A stretch of 64,000 nucleotides of DNA, from the NCBI GenBank assembly GCA_963708295.1, contig CAVPSJ010000006.1, positions 8,635 through 72,634 on the forward strand. The letters run 5' to 3'. Under the pieces are notes generated by a model. That model did no database searches and was not told the DNA's origin. It saw only the letters and a list, made by a program, of their open reading frames with translations. Positions 1 through 9,583 of the stretch are shown one piece after another. This DNA is from an uncultured delta proteobacterium. GTDB taxonomy: Bacteria; Desulfobacterota; BSN033; UBA1163. Positions within the stretch are counted from its first letter, which is position 1. Each line of letters starts with the position of its first letter. Both the position numbers and the translations under genes were made by a program.

Positions 1-620
1 GGGAGAACCTCCAAGGAAAGAAGACCCATGACCCTGAGGTCATCCGCTCCCTGAAAAAACCCTACCATCAAACCGGAGGGCTCGCCGTTCTCTTCGGGAA
101 CTTAGCACCCCAGGGCGCGGTCGTAAAACGTTCCGCGGTGGATGACGCCATGCTGAAGCATCGGGGGCCCGCCAGGGTTTTTGATACCGAAGAAGAAGCT
201 CTGAAGATGATCCTGGATGGAAAGATCTTGAAGGGGGATGTCGTGGTCATCCGGTATGAAGGGCCAAAAGGCGGGCCGGGCATGAGGGAGATGCTGGCTC
301 CAACCTCCGCCATTGCAGGGGTGGGAAGAGACCGCGATGTGGCCCTCATCACGGACGGCCGGTTTTCAGGAGGAAGCCGCGGAGCGGCCATCGGTCACGT
401 CTCTCCCGAAGCTGCCGAGGGAGGCCCCATTGCTGCGGTTCAGAACGGCGATCTGATCGAAATCGACATCCCGAATAAGAAGCTGGGTCTCCTCATCTCT
501 GAAGAGGAATTGAAAAAGAGGTTGTCCCAGTGGAAGCCGCCTCAGAAAAAACTCAGAGGATATCTGAAACGGTATGCAAAGCTGGTACAGTCGGCCCACA
601 CCGGAGCCACCTTCGAGTGA
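1..620 (+). CDS. ilvD: Dihydroxy-acid dehydratase, C-terminal part (5' end outside window)
   Basis: Motifs [34 protein letters not shown]. Confidence 0.95.
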   Translation, partial: ENLQGKKTHDPEVIRSLKKPYHQTGGLAVLFGNLAPQGAVVKRSAVDDAMLKHRGPARVFDTEEEALKMILDGKILKGDVVVIRYEGPKGGPGMREMLAPTSAIAGVGRDRDVALITDGRFSGGSRGAAIGHVSPEAAEGGPIAAVQNGDLIEIDIPNKKLGLLISEEELKKRLSQWKPPQKKLRGYLKRYAKLVQSAHTGATFE

Positions 621-627
621 TAAGAAG

Positions 628-815
628 GCAGTAAGCACTCTGCAGAAAGCAGAAAATGATAAGGCTTCTCACCGCCCTACCTTCGTTTTTGTGCTTTGAG
701 TATTATCCGCCTTCTACTTACCGCCTTTTGTCATGTCTGCCAAGGTGGGCAGGCTCCGCTTTATCAACCCTGCTGTTTTTATGTTTTCTGCCTACTGCAT
801 ACTGCCTACTGCTTT
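628..815. repeat. Inverted pair of 7-bp periodic repeat arrays (GCAGTAA/GCAGAAA ... CTGCCTA/CTGCATA)
   Basis: gcagtaagcactctgcagaaagcagaaa near 628-655 and tctgcctactgcatactgcctactgc near 787-812 are reverse-complementary heptad arrays between convergent genes. Confidence 0.55.
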
Positions 816-2234
816 CAGGACGGGCACGGCGTACGGGCCTTCGCGGATGACCCCCATGGTCGGCTGAATGCCTTTCTCCCGGTACCGGTAAATCGCAAAC
901 TGTACGGCCTTCTGGACCATCTCTTGAGCTTTTTCCAGCGAGGGTTTTATCCTTTTCCCCTTCATAAAATCGAGCCCACACACTCCCGGAAGGATGCAGT
1001 AATTTCCTCTTTCAATTTCGAGGGAACAGTAGATCAATCCTTCCTCTCCCACTTTTCTCAAAACCTTTCCCCAGACTTCGGGTTCCCATTGGTCCTTCGT
1101 GAACTTCCAGCTGGATGTCTTCAGCAAATCCAGGTAGCCGTTCGGTCCCTGTAGTTTGAGGAGGTGGATCAGGCTCCGGTATTCCGGGGAACCGATGGGG
1201 TTGATAAAATCACGGTTATTCGCCGCGATGATAATGACGCCGCCCGTTTTCACAGCCGGAAGCGCCCCTACCCCGGCCTTTGCCGTCTGGTAATGATCTC
1301 TCCCGACATACCCGCTGTGAGTGAGCACGATATCGAACTCCTCCCGGAGAGGAATCTCCGCATAGCCCTTGATCACTTCAAAAGCCTTCAAATTCGCTTC
1401 CACGACATTCCCGGCGAACACCCCCAGGAGGCGCAAGTCCTTGTCGAGGTTCACGTTGATCACAAAGTCGACCCCGACCGTCTCGGCCACTTCCAGCGCC
1501 TCTTCATGGCATGGGTTCCCTTCGAGGATGAGATTCGTTGCCCGGGGATCTTCGAGAAAGGCGGGACCATGAAACCTCTGAATCGTTTTGACATCCACCA
1601 ATCCAGGACAGATAGACTTCCTGCCTCCGGAGATCCCGGTGAAAAAATGGCTCTCAACCAGTCCGGTGGCGATCTTCAGGTCCGCAAAATAAAAGTCCCG
1701 ATTGACATAGACATGGGTCCCTCTCTTCGTCGTCCCGATGCTTTCGAGAAGGTCGTTGTTCTCGCAGTCGTGGTCTGTGATGGCGTATCGTTCAACGACT
1801 TCCTTCCCGTACATCTCGATTTTTTCATCTGCGGTGCTCGCCCGGTGCATCCCCGTTGCCACAATAATCTTAACGTTCTCCCTCTTGATCCCCGCAGATT
1901 CCAGGCGCCTGAGCAAAGGGGGAAGAATCCCTGCCTCTCCCTTGTAGGGGACAGGTCGTGTGATATCAGAAACGGCAATCGCTGCGGTCATCTCTCCCGG
2001 AGTCTTCCCTTTTCTTCGGATAATCTCCTCGAGGGGGGGGCTGCTGATCGGATTCAAAAAAGCCTCCTCAAACGCCGCCTTGGGATCCGACAAAACAGGA
2101 ACGTCCTTCATGGTCAGCTCAACACAGTTTGGAGGCACCGAAACCTCTATCGCGTCTCTTCCAAACTCCACCAGAACTTTCTTCCAATCCTTCGTATCCA
2201 TTTTTTGGATGGCCTTTTTTAGGTCCTTTCGCAT
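792..2234 (-). CDS. larA: Nickel-dependent lactate racemase (LarA) family protein
   Basis: SDITRP, ATGMHR, HFFTGISGGRKSICPG, GNPCHEE, YQTAK motifs; AGGAGG RBS upstream of ATG at 2234; substrate not determinable. Confidence 0.85.
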   Translation of the reverse strand: MRKDLKKAIQKMDTKDWKKVLVEFGRDAIEVSVPPNCVELTMKDVPVLSDPKAAFEEAFLNPISSPPLEEIIRRKGKTPGEMTAAIAVSDITRPVPYKGEAGILPPLLRRLESAGIKRENVKIIVATGMHRASTADEKIEMYGKEVVERYAITDHDCENNDLLESIGTTKRGTHVYVNRDFYFADLKIATGLVESHFFTGISGGRKSICPGLVDVKTIQRFHGPAFLEDPRATNLILEGNPCHEEALEVAETVGVDFVINVNLDKDLRLLGVFAGNVVEANLKAFEVIKGYAEIPLREEFDIVLTHSGYVGRDHYQTAKAGVGALPAVKTGGVIIIAANNRDFINPIGSPEYRSLIHLLKLQGPNGYLDLLKTSSWKFTKDQWEPEVWGKVLRKVGEEGLIYCSLEIERGNYCILPGVCGLDFMKGKRIKPSLEKAQEMVQKAVQFAIYRYREKGIQPTMGVIREGPYAVPVLKAVGSMQ

Positions 2235-2278
2235 CGTGGTCCTCCTGATCATCACCTGGGATCATGAAATCTTGATAA

Positions 2279-2380
2279 GCTGTTGAAAAACCCCCATCTG
2301 CGGCGATGTCCGGCCGCCTCACCCTCTCGGCGGCGTGGCAAGATGTCGCTCCTTATTCGTCGCGACGCCACCCCTTGCTC
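2279..2380 (+). mobile_element. Partial MITE-like element (GCTGTTGAAAAA...CATCTGCGGCG start)
   Basis: 5' end matches the element at 27781 (ggctgttgaaaaa..atctgcggcg). Confidence 0.5.
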
Positions 2381-2668
2381 CGATAGTCCTTTCTGCGAAC
2401 CCAATGGTTTGGATGCCATCTGAGCGACTTCCTATTATTACGTAACCTCAAATCCTCTTAAGATCAACAGTGAGTTGGGTCCTTCGCTTCCTGACGGGTT
2501 GAACCTGAGAGACGCGGGAAGGCGTGATGGATTGAGTTTAATCCAAAACAACCGTTCGGGAGGCTTAGAGATCTCACGGGCGCCTCTTTGGGTACAGGCA
2601 TGAGAGGAAACTCCTTCGATGGAAGATCAGATGGTCGTAGGTGAAAGGAAAAAGCCGGAAACTGTCGT

Positions 2669-2932
2669 TTATGAGGAAGCCATTTGTCTTGGATACAGAC
2701 GCAGATACATCCCGAACATGTCATCGGCCATTTTTTCGGTTGTCTCTTTAATTTCGTTTAAACCGGATACGAAGGAATGCAGTGATTCGTCAAGCTTCGT
2801 CAGATTCTCAGCATTGCTTTTGGCATTCTCCAGCAGTTTTCTCTCCCGCTCACGAGATTCTTCGATAAGATCTCTGAACTTTTCCCTCTCTTCTTCAGTC
2901 CATTCCGACACAAGCTCATCGACAGTCTTCAT
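2669..2932 (-). CDS. Hypothetical small coiled-coil protein
   Basis: 87-aa E/K-rich helical ORF with purine-rich RBS. Confidence 0.65.
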   Translation of the reverse strand: MKTVDELVSEWTEEEREKFRDLIEESRERERKLLENAKSNAENLTKLDESLHSFVSGLNEIKETTEKMADDMFGMYLRLYPRQMASS

Positions 2933-3185
2933 GATCTATCCCCTCTAGGCAATGATAAGAGGGTAGGTAGCAAGATATATACCGGGTTCATTCATCGCCG
3001 AAGCAATCATAAAATGGCCCATCGCTTCGAAGACTTATGCCACCGCAATAAAACTCGGCCCCAAGAGGCCCTATAAAACAGGAGAATCGCTTTACTCTTT
3101 TTAGAAAATTCTTTTCCCTTTTTGGGCCTCACCCTTCCCTCTCCCCGGGAAGACGGTGTTGTAACAAAAAAAGCGCGTAGAAAAC

Positions 3186-3347
3186 GGGACAGACAGACGG
3201 GTGAGAAAGCTTTAGAGCGCAACCTCTAAACCATGAGACTCAGGGACTTCAAGTCAATGAAAAGAGTATCTTTCCTGTGGCAACAAGAGTGACCTCTAAC
3301 CTTAAACGTGCGCATTCTAGAGCTTTGGAGTTCCCGCTGTTTGTCCC
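3186..3347. mobile_element. ~160-bp non-coding element with imperfect terminal inverted repeats (copy 1)
   Basis: GGGACAGACAG...CTGTTTGTCCC termini; homologous to 12922-13082. Confidence 0.7.
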
Positions 3348-3415
3348 TTCCTTCCCTCCCTTCGTTCGATGACAACACACTCTCAAAAGGGAGAGAGTGG
3401 AGGTGAGAGGGGCAC

Positions 3416-4816
3416 CTAAAGTTGCCGCATGAATGCCACAAGATCCTTCTTCTCCTGCTCGCTGAGCCCGAGCTCGAGAATCAAATTAAAAAACTCTACC
3501 GTATCTTCCAAAGTAAGAAGTCTCCCATCGTGCAAATAAGGCGGGGAATCTTTGATGCCTCGTAAAGGAAAGGTCTTGATTGGACCATCTGCAGACGCAT
3601 ATCTTCCGTTGATCATCCGCGGTTTATAGAACCGCTCTACTTTCAAGTTGTGCATCAGATTATCGGTATAATAGGGGCCGGGGTGACAGCTACCGCAGGC
3701 AGCTTTGCCAAAAAAGAGAATCTGCCCCCGCATCTCCGGCTGGCTTGCCTTTCTCGGATCAAGCTTTCCGTCGATCCTGAGTTTAGGAGCCGGCGGGAAG
3801 TCCAGCAATGCCTGAAACTCCGCCATGAAATGGACCTGGCTCCCCCGCTCCAGAATATTGACCCCTTTCTTCGTGGCAATCACCGGATCGCCGTCAAAAT
3901 AAGCAGCCCTTTGTTCAAATTCGGTGAAATCTTCGATCGACCGTAGGGCCCGCTGGGAGCCAAACAGCCGTTGGATGTGCACACCCCGAAGGCTTGGGGT
4001 ATCAAGCCGATGCCGGAACTCCTGGGGCCGGATATCCCCGACAAGGTGCGTCGAGGCATTCGTGTGGCCGTTGGCGTGACAGTCAAAACAGACGACGCCT
4101 CGGCTTGGACGCTCGGACCGGCGGTCCTCGGTCTGGTTGAACTGCTGTTGGGGGAACGGTGTGAGCAATAGCCTCAAGCCTTCAATCTGCTTGGGATTAA
4201 GAATTCCATTGAAGAGCGCATAGTAATTATCCATTGTAACCAATTTCCCCTGGGAGACATCTCCAAGATCCGGACGCGTCGTCAGATAAATAGGCGCTGG
4301 AAACTCAGGAAGAAAATGATCCGGTAAGTCATAATCCAGGTCGAAGCGGGTAAGGTCCCGGCTTTCTTGTTTCTTGATCTCGTCAATATGGAACTTGGGG
4401 AAGAGCATGCCACCCTCAGGATGATTCGGGTGCGGCAGAGGAAATAGACCCGCTGGGAATACGCCCTTCTCACGAATCTCCTCCGGGCTCATCCCACCCA
4501 AATTCTCCCAGCTCATCCCCGCTGGAAGTTTGATCCGGACCCCTTCCTGAACGGCTTTGCCGCGGGACATCGTCACCCCCGTGGCCGCGCGATTGCTCAA
4601 ATCATAACGCTCATTGAGCAAATCCATCTGACGCTTCATCACCCCCGGCGTTGCAGCTTTCATCCGGGACAGGATCGTCTCAAAACTCTCTTTGATCACC
4701 ACGGGAGAGTAACTCGATTCTCCTCTTGAGGGGGACTGGGCAAAAGTGGAAATCGCCACAACCATCAGAGCGAGAGTTCCCGCTGCCCACCCCATGTATT
4801 TTATCGTCTTTGGCAT
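3416..4816 (-). CDS. Secreted di-heme cytochrome c, bacterial cytochrome c peroxidase/MauG-like family
   Basis: Signal peptide; two CxxCH (CFDCH, CGSCH); DTPSLRG and KTFPLRGIKDSPPYLHDG motifs. Confidence 0.85.
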   Translation of the reverse strand: MPKTIKYMGWAAGTLALMVVAISTFAQSPSRGESSYSPVVIKESFETILSRMKAATPGVMKRQMDLLNERYDLSNRAATGVTMSRGKAVQEGVRIKLPAGMSWENLGGMSPEEIREKGVFPAGLFPLPHPNHPEGGMLFPKFHIDEIKKQESRDLTRFDLDYDLPDHFLPEFPAPIYLTTRPDLGDVSQGKLVTMDNYYALFNGILNPKQIEGLRLLLTPFPQQQFNQTEDRRSERPSRGVVCFDCHANGHTNASTHLVGDIRPQEFRHRLDTPSLRGVHIQRLFGSQRALRSIEDFTEFEQRAAYFDGDPVIATKKGVNILERGSQVHFMAEFQALLDFPPAPKLRIDGKLDPRKASQPEMRGQILFFGKAACGSCHPGPYYTDNLMHNLKVERFYKPRMINGRYASADGPIKTFPLRGIKDSPPYLHDGRLLTLEDTVEFFNLILELGLSEQEKKDLVAFMRQL

Positions 4817-5006
4817 TTTTCCTTCCCTCCTTCTTATGGAATTTTATCGGTTCCGAGGTTCATCATCGTCTCATGACCCCTCTGCCTGCCTTTGGTCCTA
4901 TCAATATACACGCAGGCAACAGATACAATAATATTTTCGGCGATTCTGAATAAATGGGGTGAACACTGTATTTCTCTTGGAGGGAAACAGTATTTTGAAA
5001 CTTTTC

Positions 5007-5053
5007 CCCTCGCCCTTTCCCTCTCCCCAACAGGAGAGGGAAAGGGCGAGGGG
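5007..5053. repeat. REP-like GC-rich palindrome (CCCTC-type)
   Basis: ccctcgccctttccctctcc-ccaaca-ggagagggaaagggcgaggg hairpin; relatives near 3127, 18241, 20362, 25621, 26180, 27973. Confidence 0.7.
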
Positions 5054-5091
5054 AAAAACAGGGGCGATAGGGGATTCCGTCGGGAGATTTT

Positions 5092-5304
5092 TTATCTTGA
5101 GGATTTTCGAGGTTTCATCCTGGAAACTACTCCGTAAGTGCTTTTATATATCTCTATCCATTGATCCCTGAATTTTTCATAATTCAGCGTCTCGTTTCTT
5201 TCTGACTTGAGCAGTTCAAGGACTAAGTAACAGGAAGCAAGATTTGAGGAAATAATAATATTTCTCAGCTCATTGAATTCCGGTGGCAAGGGTTTTAGCT
5301 CCAT
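5092..5304 (-). CDS. Hypothetical protein
   Basis: 70-aa ORF with strong GAGGAGG RBS. Confidence 0.55.
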   Translation of the reverse strand: MELKPLPPEFNELRNIIISSNLASCYLVLELLKSERNETLNYEKFRDQWIEIYKSTYGVVSRMKPRKSSR

Positions 5305-5436
5305 GGTTGACCTCCTCTGATGATGGGATGATTTTTCTTCCCTTCGGTTCCTGATCCTCCCTTTGCCGTCAGGGCTTCCTGTCGGACGGCCTGGACATGG
5401 GAAGATCTCAAAAGAAAACGCTCGGGGGAGTGGAAG

Positions 5437-5766
5437 TTATCCTTTATCGCAGCCAAGATATTTGAACAGGCCGCTGATATAGTTTCCCCAGGTTGGAATC
5501 AATCTATCAATTTCATACGACAGCAGAGTTAATTTCCCATTATGGACCTTCGTATGGACCTCTTCCAGCTTTTCATATCTCAAAGGCCATGTCATCTTCC
5601 CTGATTGATTCATCATGTAGAAAGTTTTCTGTTTTTCGTCCAATCCGAGGACTCGCAATTGGTTAAGGCCATCCGCAGCCCAGAATTTTACACCCTGATC
5701 CTTCATCTCCTTCAATTTTTCCCAACTAAAGGGGCACTTCGGAACAATCTCCAGGATTTCAATCAT
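5437..5766 (-). CDS. Hypothetical protein
   Basis: 109-aa ORF, GAGGA RBS, protein-like composition. Confidence 0.7.
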   Translation of the reverse strand: MIEILEIVPKCPFSWEKLKEMKDQGVKFWAADGLNQLRVLGLDEKQKTFYMMNQSGKMTWPLRYEKLEEVHTKVHNGKLTLLSYEIDRLIPTWGNYISGLFKYLGCDKG

Positions 5767-6076
5767 GATTTCCTCTTATTCTCTACGCCTTCCTGTTCGT
5801 CTTCTACATCAAAAGTGTATTCGACCAGAACCATGGGCCAACGAAAACTCCGTCCGGCTCTCCCTTCTTGACATTGACTATCTGCGCGGTGGGGAAAAGG
5901 AAAAGTTTTCGGATTCCCCCCGCCGAAATCAATCCCAAAAAACGATTGAAGTTCTTGATGGGACCTCGGAACTCTGAAGGAACAATCGGTAATTTCTCGT
6001 GCCGCGGAGTGATCTCTACAAGATATAAGAAAACGGTTACACGCCGCTGATCGAACTTGTAACCCGTTATTTCTTC

Positions 6077-6151
6077 TGGAGGCGGCAACCGGATTTGAAC
6101 CGGTGAATAACGGTTTTGCAGACCGTCGCCTTACCACTTGGCTATGCCGCC
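6077..6151 (-). tRNA. tRNA-Cys (GCA)
   Basis: GGCGGCATAGCCAAGTGGTAAGG...CTGCAAAA...GGTTCAAATCC...CCA. Confidence 0.97.
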
Positions 6152-6153
6152 AT

Positions 6154-6228
<75 letters not shown>

Positions 6229-6415
6229 GTCTTCTTTTCTTTCAACGTTAAAAATTACAAGATTTGCCCTTCGATGTCAATAGGAAAAGGAACAAAAGAT
6301 GGGGGGGGTTGAAAACACTGGGCCGGGCTGATCAGGAGAGAGAGAGACCTGAAGACGAGGGGATGAGGAAGATAAGGGGATAGGGGGATAGGGAGAAAAA
6401 AGACAATACAAAAGT

Positions 6416-6952
6416 TCAGGCAATGATGGACTTCAGATATTTCCGAAGATAGTCAACTCCGGAGACAACGGCTACGATCAGCGCAACCCACAGAAAAACG
6501 ATCCCGACCGGATAGAAACTGACGGAAAAATACTTCCCATTGAGGATGAGAAAGAAGATGGAGGTCACTTCGAAAACCGTTTTATATTTTCCCAGTTGAC
6601 TCGCCGCAATGACAATACCTTGAGTGACCGCAATTCCTCTTAAGCCGGTGATGGCAATCTCTCTTCCGACAATGACAATGACCATCCAGGCTGGAATCTC
6701 TCTCGCCGGAATGAGCGCGATCAATGCCGTCACGATCAAGAGCTTGTCCGCAAGGGGATCAAGAAATTTCCCCAAGGTCGTCTCCATGCCGCGCCGTCGC
6801 GCGAGATATCCATCGAATGTATCCGTCACAGCGGCTCCGAGAAACAGGAGCGCCGTAAAGAGCTGGTATCCCTTCCACGCGTCAGAAAGGAGGGCAAGGA
6901 TGAGGGGAATAGCCAAAATCCTGAGGATGGTTACCCCGTTCGGCAGACTCAT
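6416..6952 (-). CDS. pgsA: CDP-diacylglycerol--glycerol-3-phosphate 3-phosphatidyltransferase
   Basis: MSLPNxxTxLR start; DTFDGYLARR...GKFLDPLADK CDP-alcohol phosphotransferase motif. Confidence 0.93.
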   Translation of the reverse strand: MSLPNGVTILRILAIPLILALLSDAWKGYQLFTALLFLGAAVTDTFDGYLARRRGMETTLGKFLDPLADKLLIVTALIALIPAREIPAWMVIVIVGREIAITGLRGIAVTQGIVIAASQLGKYKTVFEVTSIFFLILNGKYFSVSFYPVGIVFLWVALIVAVVSGVDYLRKYLKSIIA

Positions 6953-7025
6953 GATCTGCTCGTGATTCAGTTTTTCCACAGAAGGGATTATACTACCGGA
7001 TTGATTTCTCGGCAAGCTTTAATAA

Positions 7026-7646
7026 TCAAGGCAGGTAGGATTGATAATAGGCTAACACTTTCTTGACGTAATCCACGGTTTCTCGATACGGCGGGATCGA
7101 ACGCACCTCGGCAACGACATTCTCTCCGGCATTATAAGCGGCCAGCGAGAGCCGGAGGTCATCGTTGAAAAGGGAAAGGAGATACTTAAAATATCTTACT
7201 CCCCCCTCAATGTTCTCTCTCGGATTAAAGCTGTTCGAAACGTTCAGCCGGGAGGCGGTCTCCGGCATCAATTGCATCAAACCCCTCGCTCCTTTTCTTG
7301 AAACGGCCGCGGAGTTGAATCCTGACTCTGCCCGGATGATTGCCTTGATTAAGGCAAAATCCACCTGGTACTTCTTGGAGAATTCAGCGATCAGTGAGTC
7401 ATATTGATTCGAATCTTTCGAAGAGAAAAATCGGCTCTTATTCTCAACGTCATCTTTGCTCTCCCGGATGTAGAGCTTAAATTTAGGGTCTCTAGGACAG
7501 TTGGTAAAATGAATGACCCCATTTTCATCTTCGTAACGATAAATACCCGCTGTGGAAGCCAAAGGCATGAAAAAAATACTAAATAAAATCAACAAGGTGG
7601 CAATGCAATACATTAAATTCCGGTCCTCGATGTCAATATTGGCCAA
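7026..7646 (-). CDS. Lytic transglycosylase (SLT domain) with DUF4124-like N-terminus
   Basis: IYRYEDENGVIHFTN; AESGFN, GARGLMQLMP, LAAYNAG; start uncertain. Confidence 0.9.
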   Translation of the reverse strand: MANIDIEDRNLMYCIATLLILFSIFFMPLASTAGIYRYEDENGVIHFTNCPRDPKFKLYIRESKDDVENKSRFFSSKDSNQYDSLIAEFSKKYQVDFALIKAIIRAESGFNSAAVSRKGARGLMQLMPETASRLNVSNSFNPRENIEGGVRYFKYLLSLFNDDLRLSLAAYNAGENVVAEVRSIPPYRETVDYVKKVLAYYQSYLP

Positions 7647-7995
7647 AAACTACCATAACTTGTCACTTTCGTCAACAAAACTTCAGTCTCAAGTAATTTC
7701 AAAATTCTCTCAACTGGATGAAATCAAAGGATATTTCTTGAACTATATGAAATATCGCTGAATGGAATATTGCAATCTCTGTGCCTATTGATCGTTAAAG
7801 ATCTCTCTGCCAAATGGATAGGAAAGGTCTCTTCCCCCGGTCCCGGATTCAATCGCAGAAATCCGTCAGATCCAGGGCGCAGGTCTCGATGAATTCAAAC
7901 ATGATCTTATGCGAACCTGCCTCTCCGGCAAGATCTCCGATATTGACATCTTTGCAGTCGTCCAAATCGACGCCTTTCCGGGATACGAACTGGCT

Positions 7996-9318
7996 TTACG
8001 GGTACATCTTACCCATGCCTCGTTCCAATTGTGCCTTAGCGATGTTGAAATCACTCAACGCGCCATAGTAATTGACTCTCGCCTGGGCGAGCAATGTGAC
8101 CGCAATTAACACATCGGTTTGCGTCGCCACCTGATACCGATACCTTTCTTCAAACATCCTCAGGTTCTCTTCTGCCTGCTCGATGGCCTTCTCCGCGGTG
8201 CCGATGTTCTTTTCCGCCACCAGCATGTTGAGATAATCATTCTTTACTTCTAATGTGACCGAGTCGATGAGTTGATTTTTTGAATCTTCAGCCTGGGTGA
8301 CTTTGACCTTGTTCTCTCCAACCTTGAACGCTGTATTCCCCCAGTCCCAAAGAGTAAAGGTGGCTAAGGCCTGGATCGTCCACCTGTCGCTAAAACCAAC
8401 CCCCCCGCTCAGGTCCGCGTTGTCGGAGAATCGACTATAGTTGCCCGAAAGGCTGACCGTTGGGAAGAATCCACTCCTGGCAATCTTCACACTCTCTTTT
8501 GCCTGGTCGATGGTTAATTGAGCGGCCTTGATCTCTGGCCTTAGTCGGAAGGCTTCTTCAAGAGACTGCTCGAACGACAATGGGAAGGCTTTGTGTGCAA
8601 GGATGTCGACCACCTCGAAGGGCATGTTGACGTCTCTCCTGAGCAGGATATTGAACGAAGCCTTGGCCGCAGTCACGTCATTCGCTGCCTTGACCAGGCT
8701 TTGCTTCGCATTGGCAAGTTGCACCTCCCCTTGAAGCACATCATTCTTGGGAACAATTCCAACGTCGAAAAAGGCTTTGGTCACTTCCAATTGAGCCTCA
8801 AAATTTTTCACTTGCTGCTCAGCTACTGCTAAGAATTTCTCCGCCCTTAAGATTATGAAGTACCCCACCCTCACCTGAAGGACCAAATCCACTTTTGCCG
8901 TCTCCAAACTCTCTTTTGAAAGATCCACACCTAACTTCGATGAACGATAATTCGCTAGGTTCTGCCCCCCGGTAAAAAGAGGTTGATAAAGGGTCGTATT
9001 GAAATTGTAAATGTCTCTACTCGTGGGGGTGATAAGACCAGGAACAGCGGCCTGCGTCACTCCTATCGAAATGGGTGCGTTATATCGGTTCCAATAATAT
9101 TGCCCCGTCCATTGAGGGAGGAAATTTGTGATTGCCTCCTTGCGCCTAAATTCAGAGCCTATAATTCCCATCGAAGCAGAATGAAGTGTCCAACTTCTCT
9201 CCATGGCGATCTTGATGCTCTCCTCCAGGGTGAGAGGTGCCTGAGATTCTTGTGCCTGGGCGGCACCTGCGAAAACCATTGCCCCTAGAATGAATCCTAC
9301 GAACCATCTCATTTTCAT
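7996..9318 (-). CDS. TolC-family outer membrane efflux protein
   Basis: Signal peptide, LTLEESIKIA, two OEP repeats (QPLFTGG; RPEIKAA...FFPTVSL). Confidence 0.9.
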   Translation of the reverse strand: MKMRWFVGFILGAMVFAGAAQAQESQAPLTLEESIKIAMERSWTLHSASMGIIGSEFRRKEAITNFLPQWTGQYYWNRYNAPISIGVTQAAVPGLITPTSRDIYNFNTTLYQPLFTGGQNLANYRSSKLGVDLSKESLETAKVDLVLQVRVGYFIILRAEKFLAVAEQQVKNFEAQLEVTKAFFDVGIVPKNDVLQGEVQLANAKQSLVKAANDVTAAKASFNILLRRDVNMPFEVVDILAHKAFPLSFEQSLEEAFRLRPEIKAAQLTIDQAKESVKIARSGFFPTVSLSGNYSRFSDNADLSGGVGFSDRWTIQALATFTLWDWGNTAFKVGENKVKVTQAEDSKNQLIDSVTLEVKNDYLNMLVAEKNIGTAEKAIEQAEENLRMFEERYRYQVATQTDVLIAVTLLAQARVNYYGALSDFNIAKAQLERGMGKMYP

Positions 9319-9583
9319 CGACCTGTCTCCTCCATCGCTTATATCCTTAGACGGGGACTAAGAACATTTATTCACTTTTTGAATGGTTATTTATCGTATT
9401 GCAAAAAAAGAGTGCTGTCAAATGGAATTCGAGAGGCATTTCGAGTGATCTGGCCGTAGCTTGAAACACTCCTCCGTCTCCGCCATTCCTTTCACCCGAA
9501 GTTGATTTAAGCGGTCTCACGAGGCCCGGGGCATCGCCTTCCCTCTCTACGACGTCTGCGGGGATCGCCTGAAATCCCGTACG

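Noticed and set aside
1164-2222. Long antisense ORFs (also 15080-16117, 11929-12762, 50923-51711, 53070-53789)
   Set aside because: Shadows of well-supported genes on the opposite strand, with no recognisable motifs
3186-3347. CRISPR leader or array
   Set aside because: No regularly spaced direct repeats and no cas genes anywhere in the window
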